A stretch of 64,000 bases of DNA from Thermodesulfobacteriota bacterium. GTDB lineage: Bacteria > Desulfobacterota > Desulfobacteria > Desulfobacterales > JAUWMJ01. Made by a program: the position numbers and the translations under genes. The notes under the pieces were generated by a model. That model saw only the letters and a program-made list of their open reading frames with translations, made no database searches and was not told where the DNA came from. The stretch is from NCBI GenBank assembly GCA_034189135.1, contig JAXHVO010000128.1, positions 16,251 to 80,250 on the forward strand, read 5' to 3'. Below, one piece after another: positions 38,116 to 48,136 of this stretch (the first letter of the stretch is position 1; each line of letters begins with the position of its first letter).

Positions 38116-38556
38116 CTAAAGTGATGCAACAAGTCTTAACAGTTCATCACTCTTTTTTTCCATTTGGTGAGCCCCTTGATCATTTTTAACATGATCAAAA
38201 CCAAAAAGATGGAGAATGCCGTGTATCAGAAGTTGCACCAAGCGTTCTTCGGTGGTGATTCCCGCGTGTAATGCTTCCCGCATGGCAGTTTCGCTGGAGA
38301 TGACCACATCTCCAAGAATTTGAGGGTTTAGATCTGAAAAATCTCCTTCTTGCATGGGAAAAGCAATCACATTTGTAGGCCCGGATCGATTTAGATAATT
38401 CTTATTAAGGGTTTTAATTTCCGAATCATCGACAACAAGTATGGAAAGTTCTCCTTCAGGACTGCCCAAGGCGTTTAAGATGGCTTGAGCTTTCTTTTTC
38501 AATGTTGCTTTCAATATTTTGTGTTTTTTTTGCCTGTCGTCTATTAGAATTCCCAT
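38116..38556 (-). CDS. ybeY: Endoribonuclease YbeY (rRNA maturation factor)
   Basis: It has the zinc motif HGILHLFGFDH and the TNVIAFPM block. The start is set at ATG 38556 (AGAGGA upstream). Confidence 0.85.
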   Translation of the reverse strand: MGILIDDRQKKHKILKATLKKKAQAILNALGSPEGELSILVVDDSEIKTLNKNYLNRSGPTNVIAFPMQEGDFSDLNPQILGDVVISSETAMREALHAGITTEERLVQLLIHGILHLFGFDHVKNDQGAHQMEKKSDELLRLVASL

Positions 38557-40852
38557 TTTTCCTCTTTCCATTATTTGCAACACGATCTTCGGGGTATTCT
38601 ATTCTATGGTGGTGGATTCCATGCAATATTTTGTTAAATCTTTTGGCAATACTGTGAAGATCTTTTAAGGTGAGTTCACAGTTGTCCAGCTGACCATCAG
38701 AAAATATTTTATTGATAAGGTTTTGCACCAGGCCCTGAATTCTGGATGTGGTTGGATTTGCCATGGTTCTGGATGCGGCTTCAACAACATCTGCCAGCAT
38801 CACAAGTCCGATTTCCTTGGTCTGTGGCAACGGACCCGGATACCTGAAATCATCAATATTTACAGCATTTTCTCTTTTTTGCTGTATGGCTTTGTCATAA
38901 AAGTACTTGATCAGGCTTGTGCCGTGGTGCTGCTGGATTGCATCAACGATCACCTGACCCAGTTTATTCTTTTTTGCAATTTCAACACCATTTTTAATGT
39001 GTGCAATTAAAATAAGGCTCGACATGGAAGGCGCCAGCTTATCATGCCTGTTTTTACCCGCTACCTGATTTTCAATAAAATACAGCGGCTTGTTAATTTT
39101 CCCAATGTCGTGATAGTATCCGCAGACTTTCGCAAGAAGCGGGTTGGCTCCGATTTCAGCCGCGGCCGCTTCAACCATGGAACCGACAATAACAGAATGG
39201 TGATATGTCCCGGGGGCTTCCATCATCAGTCTGCGGAGAATCGGTTGATCAAGGTTTGCCAGTTCGAGGAGTTTTATGTCTGTGGTGTAATCAAAGGCGA
39301 TTTCTATTAGAGGAGCTAAGCCGGAGGTAATGATGCCGGCACCGATTCCGCCCAGAAAAGCAAAGCCCGAACCCCATAAAAGTTTGGACGTTGAAAAGTC
39401 CGCCATATAAAGGTCAGTGGCAACCACCAGTACCACATTCAGCAATCCAAGTTTTGCCCCGGCTTTTATAAATACTTTGCGTTCTCTGCAATCACGTATC
39501 CAGTATGCAGCCATCGAGCCGTTTATGAGGAAAAACAGGAAAGATTCAAAACTGTTTTGAAATATGACGGCAACACATATGGCGATTATCATGGCAAAGG
39601 GTATGGCGATTTCAAGCCCCAGAAACAGACATATGATCATGGCGCTTGCAGCAAGAGGAAAACCGTAGGGTATGGAAGAGGCAGGTATGGAGTATGATAC
39701 ATTTGCAATCAGCGATTCAGACAAAGAAGCCGAAATATCGGCTAGCAAAAAGAATGTGATCAGTACGCTGGAAATAAAAAGAAGATTTTTATTGTGTTTG
39801 CTCGCCATACTTTTTTGCCGGGGTATATGCAGGATATAGGTTGCAGCCAGGAGACAAAGCATAATCATTGCCGCGCCGATGCTTTTGGAGACGATATGTT
39901 CTTGTCTGGTTTGGGCTTGAAGCGTTTTAAGTTTTAAAAGTTGAACCATGGTTACCAGTTCACCTTCGCGCAGGAGCATTTCCCCTGTTTTAATCTGGTG
40001 GAGTATCGGCTTGATTTCCGATGCGGCTTTTTTTCTTCGCTCCTCTGTTTCGCTTTTGTTCAGGGTGATGTTTGGTGCAATGAGGTTTTGAACAAAATCG
40101 ACGATCAGGTTTTTAATCGTATAGCGGCGATTTTTTAAAAGTGGTTTGCCGACAATTCTGACCATCGCATTGGCCTGATCCAGCCCGTAAAAAACCTTTA
40201 GTTTTTTTACCACCGTTTCGTTTGACGTTTCGATACTGCGTAAAACGATCCCTTTATCGACTTCTTTAAGAAGGAGGGCTTTATTGGACACCACGCCGTT
40301 TTGTAAAATTTTTGACAGTATTTTGGCGATTAATTCTGCGATGTCCTGTGAAAATTTTTCTTTTTCCAGGATTTTATAAGCACCGTTGCTGACATTAAAG
40401 CCGATTTTTCTTTCAAATTCTTCCTTCATTTGCCAGACTTGGTCATGCAAGGAAGGCTTTTTTTCCACGGCCGCGGAAGAGCCGGTTTTTGTTTTTTGGG
40501 TTGAATCCTGTTTAGCGTTGAAAACAGCCTGAAGATCGGCAAAGGCCTGGTGTATGCGCTGGGTTAATGCAAAAGACAAGGCGGTATCGAAATCATAGAC
40601 CGTCAACACCTTTTCGGCAGCGTTTTTTCTATTTATCTTGGTGGCTTCAATATCTTCTATTAAAAAATCTTTTGGCGCTTTAATATCTCTTCCGGCCACG
40701 TCTCCAAGTTGATAGGAATGTTTCAGGGGGATAAGGTTCGGATAAAGTATAAGGGTGAATATTATGGTAACCCCAAGCATAACAGCCCAACGGAAACGAT
40801 AGCTATTTTCAAAAAACTTACTGACGGAATCTGTATTTATTTTACCAGTCAT
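38456..40852 (-). CDS. pgpH: 7TM-HD membrane phosphohydrolase (PgpH/YqfF-like, putative c-di-AMP phosphodiesterase)
   Basis: It has a large extracytoplasmic N-terminal domain, a 7-TM block and an HD domain (HHSVIVGSMVEAAAAEIGANPLLAKVCGYYHDIGK, QQHHGTS). It sits in the conserved phoH-pgpH-ybeY context. Confidence 0.8.
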   Translation of the reverse strand: MTGKINTDSVSKFFENSYRFRWAVMLGVTIIFTLILYPNLIPLKHSYQLGDVAGRDIKAPKDFLIEDIEATKINRKNAAEKVLTVYDFDTALSFALTQRIHQAFADLQAVFNAKQDSTQKTKTGSSAAVEKKPSLHDQVWQMKEEFERKIGFNVSNGAYKILEKEKFSQDIAELIAKILSKILQNGVVSNKALLLKEVDKGIVLRSIETSNETVVKKLKVFYGLDQANAMVRIVGKPLLKNRRYTIKNLIVDFVQNLIAPNITLNKSETEERRKKAASEIKPILHQIKTGEMLLREGELVTMVQLLKLKTLQAQTRQEHIVSKSIGAAMIMLCLLAATYILHIPRQKSMASKHNKNLLFISSVLITFFLLADISASLSESLIANVSYSIPASSIPYGFPLAASAMIICLFLGLEIAIPFAMIIAICVAVIFQNSFESFLFFLINGSMAAYWIRDCRERKVFIKAGAKLGLLNVVLVVATDLYMADFSTSKLLWGSGFAFLGGIGAGIITSGLAPLIEIAFDYTTDIKLLELANLDQPILRRLMMEAPGTYHHSVIVGSMVEAAAAEIGANPLLAKVCGYYHDIGKINKPLYFIENQVAGKNRHDKLAPSMSSLILIAHIKNGVEIAKKNKLGQVIVDAIQQHHGTSLIKYFYDKAIQQKRENAVNIDDFRYPGPLPQTKEIGLVMLADVVEAASRTMANPTTSRIQGLVQNLINKIFSDGQLDNCELTLKDLHSIAKRFNKILHGIHHHRIEYPEDRVANNGKRKNGNSNRRQAKKTQNIESNIEKESSSHLKRLGQS

Positions 40853-40912
40853 TGTCTATGGTTAAATTCGTAAAAAGTCCCAATTTCGTTGTTTCGGCTT
40901 TCTGCGTCGTCA

Positions 40913-41914
40913 TCATTTCCGGCTCGCTTCAAGATCTTCGTATGCTTTGATTATCTCCTGAACCAGACGGTGCCTTACCACATCTTTTTTGGAAAAAAAA
41001 ACGAATTTTATTCCTTCGATGTTTTGTAAAATATTTTTGGTTTCTACCAGGCCTGAAGGCCGGTCTGAGGGAAGGTCGATCTGGGTTATATCTCCGGTAA
41101 TGACAGCCTTGGAACTGAAACCTATACGGGTTAAAAACATCTTCATCTGCTCAGTGGTGGTGTTTTGCGCCTCGTCCAATATGATGAAGGAATCGTTTAA
41201 TGTCCTGCCGCGCATGAATGCAATCGGTGCGACTTCTATTACCCCTTTTTGCATAAGATTGGAAACCTTTTCGAATCGCATCATATCATGAAGTGCATCA
41301 TAAAGGGGCCTTAAATAAGGGTCAACCTTTTCTGCCAGATCTCCTGGCAGAAAACCGAGTGCTTCGCCGGCCTCAACTGCGGGCCGGGTGAGGATAATAC
41401 GGCTGACCAGGCCCTTGGAAAGAGCCGATACAGCCATAGCCATAGCCAGATAAGTTTTTCCTGTTCCGGCAGGGCCAATAGCAAAAACGATATCAAAACT
41501 GCGTATGGCATCGATGTAATCCTTTTGGGCCTGGTTTTTGGGCGATATTGGACTTTTTTTAGATGTAATGCAAACCGTATCAAGGAAAATATCTTTCAGA
41601 TTAATTCGGTCATCTTCACTTAACACTCGGATTGCGTGGTCAATATCGTTAGGATAAACAGTGTGCCCGTTTTTGGAAAGGTCATAGAGCTGTTGAAGAA
41701 TATTTTGTGCCAGACTTACTGAAATCCCGTCACCCTGAATAAAAACAGTATTTCCTCTGGCATTAATTGAGAGATCAAGCGCATCAGCAATTTTTTTAAG
41801 ATTGCTGTTATGTTCTCCAAACAGCTGCCTTGACAGGTTAATATCAGCAAAATCCAACTTGGTCTGATTATCGCCCGGAGTTACTTTGTTATGATAAGGT
41901 TGACTCGATTCCAT
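40913..41914 (-). CDS. phoH: PhoH-like ATPase (YbeZ)
   Basis: It has a P-loop (GPAGTGKTYLAMA) plus the FIILDEAQN and ITGDITQIDLP blocks. Confidence 0.9.
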   Translation of the reverse strand: MESSQPYHNKVTPGDNQTKLDFADINLSRQLFGEHNSNLKKIADALDLSINARGNTVFIQGDGISVSLAQNILQQLYDLSKNGHTVYPNDIDHAIRVLSEDDRINLKDIFLDTVCITSKKSPISPKNQAQKDYIDAIRSFDIVFAIGPAGTGKTYLAMAMAVSALSKGLVSRIILTRPAVEAGEALGFLPGDLAEKVDPYLRPLYDALHDMMRFEKVSNLMQKGVIEVAPIAFMRGRTLNDSFIILDEAQNTTTEQMKMFLTRIGFSSKAVITGDITQIDLPSDRPSGLVETKNILQNIEGIKFVFFSKKDVVRHRLVQEIIKAYEDLEASRK

Positions 41915-42186
41915 GTTTTTTCAACACCATCAGAATAAACAAACTCTTATATCATACCTTTCTAAGGGATTGCAAACTACAATTTTGCAAAACAGGGTGA
42001 AAATAAAAACACCTTGACTCAAAATTATCGCTTTGTTAGTTTACAAATTTGAATAAATGACTGTTTTACATGCAAAATATACTATTTTATTGTCACTAAA
42101 GCACCCCGACCCCAAAAAAAGATTCACAACCAAACCCTGTGTGTGGTGGTGGCAAAATAAATTCTGTTTTCATTTATAAGGATATT

Positions 42187-42714
42187 ATGAATAAATTTGA
42201 TATGTTAATAATCGTCATTGTGGCGTTTTGCGTGCTGAGGGGAGTTTTTAGAGGCCTGATCAAGGAGATGTCTTCAATTTTAGGGGTACTGGCAGGTTTT
42301 TATGCCGCATATTCATATTATACGGTTATTGCGGGGCTTTTATCGCGCTGGATATCAAGTGCAGCCTATCTGAATATAGTAAGCTTTTTAATTTTATTTT
42401 GCGGTGTGTTTTTTATCATCAGTATTTTAGGAGTGATTATCAAATATGTGCTCGATATTGCCTTTATGGGTTGGGTGGATCGTGTCTGTGGTGCCGGTTT
42501 TGGTATAATAAAAGGGATATTGATTGTTTCTGTTCTTTTAATTATTTTTACTGCTTTCCTTCCGAAGAATGCCTCATTTGTAAAAGACTCCGTGCTGTCC
42601 TCCCACGTGGCGTTTGTCTCAGAAAAAATGGCAAGAATTGTTTCTAAAGATTTAAAAAGTGAGTTTTTATCCAAAATCAGTGAGCTGAAGAAATCTTGGA
42701 ACATATCAAGATAA
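42187..42714 (+). CDS. cvpA: CvpA family membrane protein
   Basis: The N-terminus MNKFDMLIIVIVAFCVLRGVFRGLIKE is typical of CvpA, and there are 4 TM segments. The start is set at ATG 42187. Confidence 0.75.
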   Translation: MNKFDMLIIVIVAFCVLRGVFRGLIKEMSSILGVLAGFYAAYSYYTVIAGLLSRWISSAAYLNIVSFLILFCGVFFIISILGVIIKYVLDIAFMGWVDRVCGAGFGIIKGILIVSVLLIIFTAFLPKNASFVKDSVLSSHVAFVSEKMARIVSKDLKSEFLSKISELKKSWNISR

Positions 42715-43517
42715 TGAGAGACTCATCCGCTGATAAAACACCTCTTGAAGACTTGATTCAGTTGATAGAGACGTTAAGAGGAAAAAACGGATGTCCCTGG
42801 GATAAGGAGCAGACTCCTGAAACCCTGGTGGTTTATCTGGTGGAAGAGGTATATGAACTCCTTGATGCCATTGAATCAGGCACTCCTCAGGAGGTTTGTG
42901 AGGAGCTTGGTGATGTTTTGTTTCAAATATTTTTCATGGCTGAATTATATCACGCCATGAAGCATTTTGATATTTATGATGTGGCCCGTGCAAACACCCA
43001 AAAAATGATCAGGCGCCATCCCCATGTTTTTGGCAGTGTCGAGACAGGAAACACCGATGAAATAAGACAGCGCTGGCACAAAATCAAGATGCAGGAAAAA
43101 AATAATAGCGGTGCAGCTTCAGTTCTTGACAGTGTTCCGGTAAAACTACCTGCCCTGATGCGGGCATACAGGATTTCCGAGCGTGCAGCGGCAACCGGTT
43201 TTGACTGGGATACTATTTCATCGGTGATGGAAAAGGTAAAAGAGGAGTTGTTGGAATTTAAGTCTGCCTTGTCACTTAAAAAAGATGAAGCCTCGATGGA
43301 GTTCGGTGATATACTGTTTACCCTTGTCAATGTCGCCCGGTTTGCCGGAATTCATCCGGAAACATCACTTAGTGCTGCAATAAAAAAATTTGAAAAACGA
43401 TTTAGGTATATGGAAGAAACGCTTTTTAAAAAGGGAAAAAAATTAGAAGATCTTACACGAAATGAAATAGAATTGATGTGGGAGGAGGCGAAGCGATTTT
43501 ATGATCGCAATTATTGA
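42714..43517 (+). CDS. mazG: Nucleoside triphosphate pyrophosphohydrolase MazG
   Basis: It has tandem MazG domains (GCPWDKEQTPETLVVYLVEEVYELLDAIE and MEFGDILFTLVNVARFAGIHPE). The ATG overlaps the cvpA stop (TAATG). Confidence 0.85.
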   Translation: MRDSSADKTPLEDLIQLIETLRGKNGCPWDKEQTPETLVVYLVEEVYELLDAIESGTPQEVCEELGDVLFQIFFMAELYHAMKHFDIYDVARANTQKMIRRHPHVFGSVETGNTDEIRQRWHKIKMQEKNNSGAASVLDSVPVKLPALMRAYRISERAAATGFDWDTISSVMEKVKEELLEFKSALSLKKDEASMEFGDILFTLVNVARFAGIHPETSLSAAIKKFEKRFRYMEETLFKKGKKLEDLTRNEIELMWEEAKRFYDRNY

Positions 43518-44127
43518 TTATGATGCGGGAAATCTGACCAGTGTCGCACGGGCTGTATCACATATCGGTTTTCAATGCCGGGTGACCAGCGACGCCGGAG
43601 AAATATTAAAAGCGGAGCATATCATATTTCCGGGTGTCGGTGCTGCCGGCAGTGCCATGGCGAGTTTGAAACGTACCGGTCTTGACAGCGCGATAAATGA
43701 CGCATTTCACATGGGCATACCGATTCTTGGAATCTGTCTGGGAACTCAAGTGATTATGGGGCACAGTGAGGAAAATGATACCCCGTGTCTTGGCATAATA
43801 AACGGTCTGGTCCGGGCTTTTCAGCCGGGTAAAGCCACGAAAAATGGAAACCGTCTGAAAATTCCTCATATGGGCTGGAACCGTGTGGCGATTAATAAAG
43901 AACATCCGGTGCTTTCCGGTATTGACAGGGATGATGAATTTTATTTTGTGCATGGTTTTTATCCGGAGCCGCAGAATACAGCGCATGTGCTGGGGACCAC
44001 TAATTATGGAGTTTTATTTGCATCTGTGGTTGGTTTTGAAAATTTATTTGCCACCCAATTTCACCTTGAGAAAAGTGGACGACCGGGGCTGAGAATGCTG
44101 GAGAATTTTTGCAAATGGAAGCCGTAA
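43501..44127 (+). CDS. hisH: Imidazole glycerol phosphate synthase, glutamine amidotransferase subunit
   Basis: It has [22 protein letters not shown] (Cys nucleophile), HMGWN and QFHLEKSG. Confidence 0.9.
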   Translation: MIAIIDYDAGNLTSVARAVSHIGFQCRVTSDAGEILKAEHIIFPGVGAAGSAMASLKRTGLDSAINDAFHMGIPILGICLGTQVIMGHSEENDTPCLGIINGLVRAFQPGKATKNGNRLKIPHMGWNRVAINKEHPVLSGIDRDDEFYFVHGFYPEPQNTAHVLGTTNYGVLFASVVGFENLFATQFHLEKSGRPGLRMLENFCKWKP

Positions 44128-44140
44128 AAGGAAATTACAC

Positions 44141-44920
44141 ATGCTGAGCAAACGTATCATACCCTGCCTCGATGTCCGGGAAGGGAAAACCACCAAAGGG
44201 ATTCGGTTTAAAGATAATATCGATATTGGCGACCCTGTTGAAATGGCTCGCTTTTATTATCAAACAGGGGCGGATGAAATTGTATTTTATGATATCACGG
44301 CATCCAGCGAAAAGAGGGATATCATGATTGACGTGGTGAGGCGTGTGGCTGATTCCATATTCATACCTTTTTCAGTGGGTGGAGGTATTCGCAGTGTGGA
44401 TGACATGCGAAAAGTACTTTTGGCCGGTGCTGAAAAGGTAAGCGTCAATTCTGCTGCTGTAAAGAACCCTGATGTTATTGCAAAGGGCGCCGAAGCGTTT
44501 GGCAGCCAATGTATCGTTCTGGGTATGGATGTAAAGCATGTGGGTGTAAAAGACAATATTCCGTCCGGGTATGAAATTGTGATCAATGGTGGAAGAACGT
44601 ATATGGGCATTGATGCCTTAAAATGGGCAATCAAAGCCCAGGAACTCGGGGCAGGGGAGATATGCCTGAATTCGATTGATGCTGACGGAACAACTACGGG
44701 ATATGAACTTGACCTGACCTCTCTTATTTCAGGCAGTGTTGAAATCCCTGTCATTGCGTCGGGCGGGGCAGGTAAGCCTGAACACCTTAAGGATGTACTG
44801 ACAAAGGGAAAGGCAGATGCTGCGCTTATTGCATCAATGATTCACTATGGTAATTATACCGTTGGGCAGATTAAATCATATCTTGCGGAAAACGGAGTAA
44901 AAGTCCGCCAATCTTGGTAG
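44141..44920 (+). CDS. hisF: Imidazole glycerol phosphate synthase, cyclase subunit
   Basis: It has [27 protein letters not shown] and IASGGAG. Confidence 0.95.
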   Translation: MLSKRIIPCLDVREGKTTKGIRFKDNIDIGDPVEMARFYYQTGADEIVFYDITASSEKRDIMIDVVRRVADSIFIPFSVGGGIRSVDDMRKVLLAGAEKVSVNSAAVKNPDVIAKGAEAFGSQCIVLGMDVKHVGVKDNIPSGYEIVINGGRTYMGIDALKWAIKAQELGAGEICLNSIDADGTTTGYELDLTSLISGSVEIPVIASGGAGKPEHLKDVLTKGKADAALIASMIHYGNYTVGQIKSYLAENGVKVRQSW

Positions 44921-44990
44921 ACACTTTTTAGGATTTACTCTGTTTGTTCAAATGTAAAACCACATCTCTTGGGTGCGGATTTTTACTCCT

Positions 44991-45284
44991 TTACACCGTT
45001 TTACCAAAAGGTACATATCCGGGTGGAATTCTTTGGATTAGATTTCCGTCTTCATCATATTTTTCTAGTATCACTTTACCGTTTTCGATGGTGTTCCTGG
45101 TGTCGGTCTTATCCTCTGTTTGGGTATCCATTTTAGAACCGGGACTGTCATCTGTTTTTCCCACGGGTCTTTCCTGTATCGCCTGTGTGACCTTTTGTTG
45201 CGCTATTTCCTTGTCATATACAACATTATTATGATTTGTTCGCATGGTTTGTTGTATTGACGCTTCTCCTATCGCATTGATCAT
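44991..45284 (-). CDS. Small hydrophilic protein, possibly FlaG-like
   Basis: The C-terminus VILEKYDEDGNLIQRIPPG resembles the FlaG signature (v.vvD..TgEvIRqIP) as I remember it. ATG 45284 has a GGGGGG Shine-Dalgarno sequence 7 nt upstream. Confidence 0.45.
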   Translation of the reverse strand: MINAIGEASIQQTMRTNHNNVVYDKEIAQQKVTQAIQERPVGKTDDSPGSKMDTQTEDKTDTRNTIENGKVILEKYDEDGNLIQRIPPGYVPFGKTV

Positions 45285-45430
45285 GGTCAAGCCCCCCTTT
45301 CATGTTTTGTTGATATCGCTCTGAAACCTTATCTCCCTTGAGAAATTAGCATTTTTAAAGGTCTCATCCTATTAACTCGACAGACAGTAATTTTTATCCC
45401 TTCATCGGTAAGATTTCTCAAGTCACCTGG

Positions 45431-45787
45431 TTAAAACCTTTTGATGGAAAGCGAATTGGTCTTTTTTTTGCTGTTATCTATGGTGTGGTAAATAAATTCG
45501 GCTTTCTCGTTACTATTTTCTCTTTCGATGGTATGCTGAAATTGTTTAGTAATTTCATGGTCTGCTTTTTCCGGTTTATCTTCCTGATCGCCACGGGTAA
45601 TGCGGTTAACAATGTCAGCAGTTACGTTATTATAAATGGCTTTTAGTTTTCCCTCTATGGAAATACTGATTTTGTCGGCCGATGACTTTTTAGCAGGAGC
45701 GCTGTTTTTTTTAGTATGGGTATTTTTGCTTAGCTGCCTGCTGTAAACCTTAAGAACATTTTGCATTTGATAATTTGTGATTTGCAT
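45431..45787 (-). CDS. Hypothetical 118-aa protein, predicted member of the sigma-28 (flagellar) regulon
   Basis: It is a good ORF with an AGGAG Shine-Dalgarno sequence and lies immediately downstream of a near-consensus sigma-28 promoter. The N-terminus MQITNYQMQNVLKVYSRQL is followed by a low-complexity K/S-rich region. It is not recognisably FlgM. Confidence 0.55.
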   Translation of the reverse strand: MQITNYQMQNVLKVYSRQLSKNTHTKKNSAPAKKSSADKISISIEGKLKAIYNNVTADIVNRITRGDQEDKPEKADHEITKQFQHTIERENSNEKAEFIYHTIDNSKKKTNSLSIKRF

Positions 45788-45806
45788 AATTTTTCTCCTG
45801 ACTTAC

Positions 45807-45834
45807 ATATCGGCACAATGGTTTAATAACTTTA
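45807..45834 (-). promoter_or_regulatory. Sigma-28 (FliA/SigD-type) promoter
   Basis: The minus strand reads TAAA-gttattaaaccattgt-GCCGATAT (TAAA-N16-GCCGATAT). The consensus as I remember it is TAAA-N15-GCCGATAT or TAAAGTTT-N11-GCCGATAA. The -10 element ends 19 nt before the ATG of 45431..45787. Confidence 0.6.
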
Positions 45835-46158
45835 GCAAAAAATGAAAAAAAATGGATATAAATATGCAGAAAAATGATTAACCTATTGATATAATGGAAT
45901 ATAAAAACTTTTGGGGCGATGGCAAAATTAAGAAAAAAATGTATGATCAGGGGAAATAAACGGTAGCGTTGATCGTCTCTGCCTGTTTCGATTCACATCT
46001 GATTTTATATGTGACGTGCCGTCAGGGCATTACTTTTCGCCAAACTGGGGTGCGAAACTTGAGTTATTAGTTAAGGCTGATACGGGCAAATGGGCGCCTA
46101 TCCGGACAAACTGAGTAGAGATTGAAAAACTTCCCGAATCCTCAATTAAATAGCGTTA

Positions 46159-46662
46159 CTATAGAGCATAAGCAGACAAATAAATCCTAATGAAATGTCT
46201 GTGACTTTCAAAAGCCACTTCAGGCAGGTTAGCGAAGTCAAAGCATGCGATATCCGATGCGTCATCTCCTGCTCTGGGTGTTCCGCTATAATTTTCAACA
46301 AGATAGCCAATCATGAGGACTGTATTGTATTTGTCGCTATGGTTTGAAGTGACCCCAAGGAGCATACCGATATGTCCGGTTAGAGCTGTTTCTTCTTTTA
46401 ACTCTCTTAAGGCCGCTCGTTCAGGTGTTTCTCCAAGCTCCATGAAACCTCCGGGAAGACACCAGAAACCTTTTTTAGGCTCTACGCTCCTTTTGACCAG
46501 AAATAATTTTTTGCTCTCATCTACAACAACCAGACAGGTGGCAGGTACCGGGTTTTCATAAACAGGTTCCCTGCAGGCTTCACAAAAAGGGCGTACAGTC
46601 CCCTCGATTAATTTTGTTGAAAGCGGTGCGCCGCAGTATGAACAATTGGTTTTTTTCCGCAT
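46159..46662 (-). CDS. NUDIX hydrolase with N-terminal zinc ribbon
   Basis: It has CSYCGAPL...CEAC (CxxC...CxxC) and a Nudix box (GGFMELGETPERAALRELKEETAL). ATG 46662 lies 1 nt after the fba stop. Confidence 0.8.
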   Translation of the reverse strand: MRKKTNCSYCGAPLSTKLIEGTVRPFCEACREPVYENPVPATCLVVVDESKKLFLVKRSVEPKKGFWCLPGGFMELGETPERAALRELKEETALTGHIGMLLGVTSNHSDKYNTVLMIGYLVENYSGTPRAGDDASDIACFDFANLPEVAFESHRHFIRIYLSAYAL

Positions 46663-46663
46663 C

Positions 46664-47956
46664 TCAATCGTCAAAATCACCTTCAGGCCCTTTGTTGGAA
46701 GAGATCCGGCCGGCGCGCTCTATAATTTTATCTTCAGTCCATTGCATCGGATCTTCTATTTTTTTCGCTTTTGAGCCCGGATCGTATGAGTTGGCCTTGA
46801 GTATGGTTTCAATAGCAAGCGGTGCGGTATCTTTTGTATTTAATACATTTACCAGCATGTTGTAAACAAAGTTTTCAACCCGACGGATCATTCTTTCCCT
46901 GATTTCTTTCGGTTGCCCCAAAAGTTTGTTTTCAAAGGGCAGGTTGAGCTTTTTGTAGTTTCCTCCCTTGAGTTCGTTGGCAATGGCATAGGCCGTCATT
47001 TCGTGCCAAATCCTTTCTGAAGCGCCTTCTCCTTTCACCTTGATGAAGTCTCCATTATCGTCAAGAATGGCGTTTCCATAATCATTCACTTCAAGGCCCC
47101 ATGAAATCATTTGCAGGGCCGTAGCCACATTTGCCTTGGTGGTTCTTGTTTTTGCTGCGATCTCTCTCAGTCGGTCAGAACTGTTTCCGGAAGTCCCATG
47201 CTGGGCCCCGGATACCTTATAGTCGGCAAGTGCATCATGTATTTCTTTGGTTAAATCGACCTGTATCCCCTGGGCACTTTCCTCAATTCCATGGGTGGTT
47301 CCGTTATTTAGTGCAATCCAGTCCGGAAAAATATCACGCGCGTTTAACCCCTGAATTAAAAAGAGAGCCTCTTCCACAGTTGAAAGACCGCTTTTTCCTT
47401 TAATTTCACCGACTTCTGTTTCGAGCCCGGCCCATTTGGGTATCAAGGCGTTTAACTCAATATTGGCAAGGAGATTCTTGTCATCCGGCATATGCGAAGC
47501 ATCTATGGCAATTGAAGTTAATCCTGCATCAAACAGAGTCGGGATCTCTATCCTGGCCGCTGCTAAATCGCCTTCCTTTTTGATACCGTAGTGATCGGCA
47601 TGTATGGCGACCGGAATGGTAATATTAAGCTCGTTGCACATCGCATCCACATGCCTGGTTATATTCCAGTAATTCACCGCACAGTAGGGATTGGCTCCAC
47701 CCTCAGATCTGGCGATTTCAATGATAATAGCAGCATTGGCTCTTTGCGCAGCTTTTAAGGCGCCCCGTATCACAAAGTTACTCCTTCCGTTGGCGGCCAT
47801 GGTGGTGGCTTTCCCTTTGACGAGCATTGCCCTGTCGATAAATTTTCCGCTCACGATGAGCGCTTTTGAATTCGGGAAAAGCTTTACAACATTGGGTGGA
47901 CGGCCTTTTTTAAGTGCCTTTTCAAAATCGGTAGAAGAGATACGGGTTGCAGCCAT
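46664..47956 (-). CDS. fba: Class II fructose-bisphosphate aldolase (long form)
   Basis: It has IIIEIARSE, VAIHADHYG, SGAQHGTSGN and an AGGAGG Shine-Dalgarno sequence. Confidence 0.85.
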   Translation of the reverse strand: MAATRISSTDFEKALKKGRPPNVVKLFPNSKALIVSGKFIDRAMLVKGKATTMAANGRSNFVIRGALKAAQRANAAIIIEIARSEGGANPYCAVNYWNITRHVDAMCNELNITIPVAIHADHYGIKKEGDLAAARIEIPTLFDAGLTSIAIDASHMPDDKNLLANIELNALIPKWAGLETEVGEIKGKSGLSTVEEALFLIQGLNARDIFPDWIALNNGTTHGIEESAQGIQVDLTKEIHDALADYKVSGAQHGTSGNSSDRLREIAAKTRTTKANVATALQMISWGLEVNDYGNAILDDNGDFIKVKGEGASERIWHEMTAYAIANELKGGNYKKLNLPFENKLLGQPKEIRERMIRRVENFVYNMLVNVLNTKDTAPLAIETILKANSYDPGSKAKKIEDPMQWTEDKIIERAGRISSNKGPEGDFDD

Positions 47957-48136
47957 GGCTTATCCTCCTTTAAGAAAAAATTGGTACGATTTTGCAGCGT
48001 GCTCTTTTGGTGTCACGCGATAGTATTGACGATTAACCACCCGTAAATGCCATTTGTACTCCGGAACATTTAAGCAACCACCAAACAAATAAGTTTAAAA
48101 CACCTATTATGGTTAGAGACAAATGTGCTTAAAGGG

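Noticed and set aside
44944-45234. A 96-aa plus-strand ORF antisense to the FlaG-like gene.
   Set aside because: It is hydrophobic, low-complexity and Cys/Ser/Leu-rich, and it has no Shine-Dalgarno sequence. The minus-strand ORF has a strong G-rich Shine-Dalgarno sequence and a recognisable C-terminal motif.
45887-45895. An extended -10 promoter (TGATATAAT) on the plus strand that could drive an sRNA antisense to the nudix 3' region.
   Set aside because: There is no -35 element, no downstream terminator or conserved structure that I could see, and the background is AT-rich, which makes such matches frequent.
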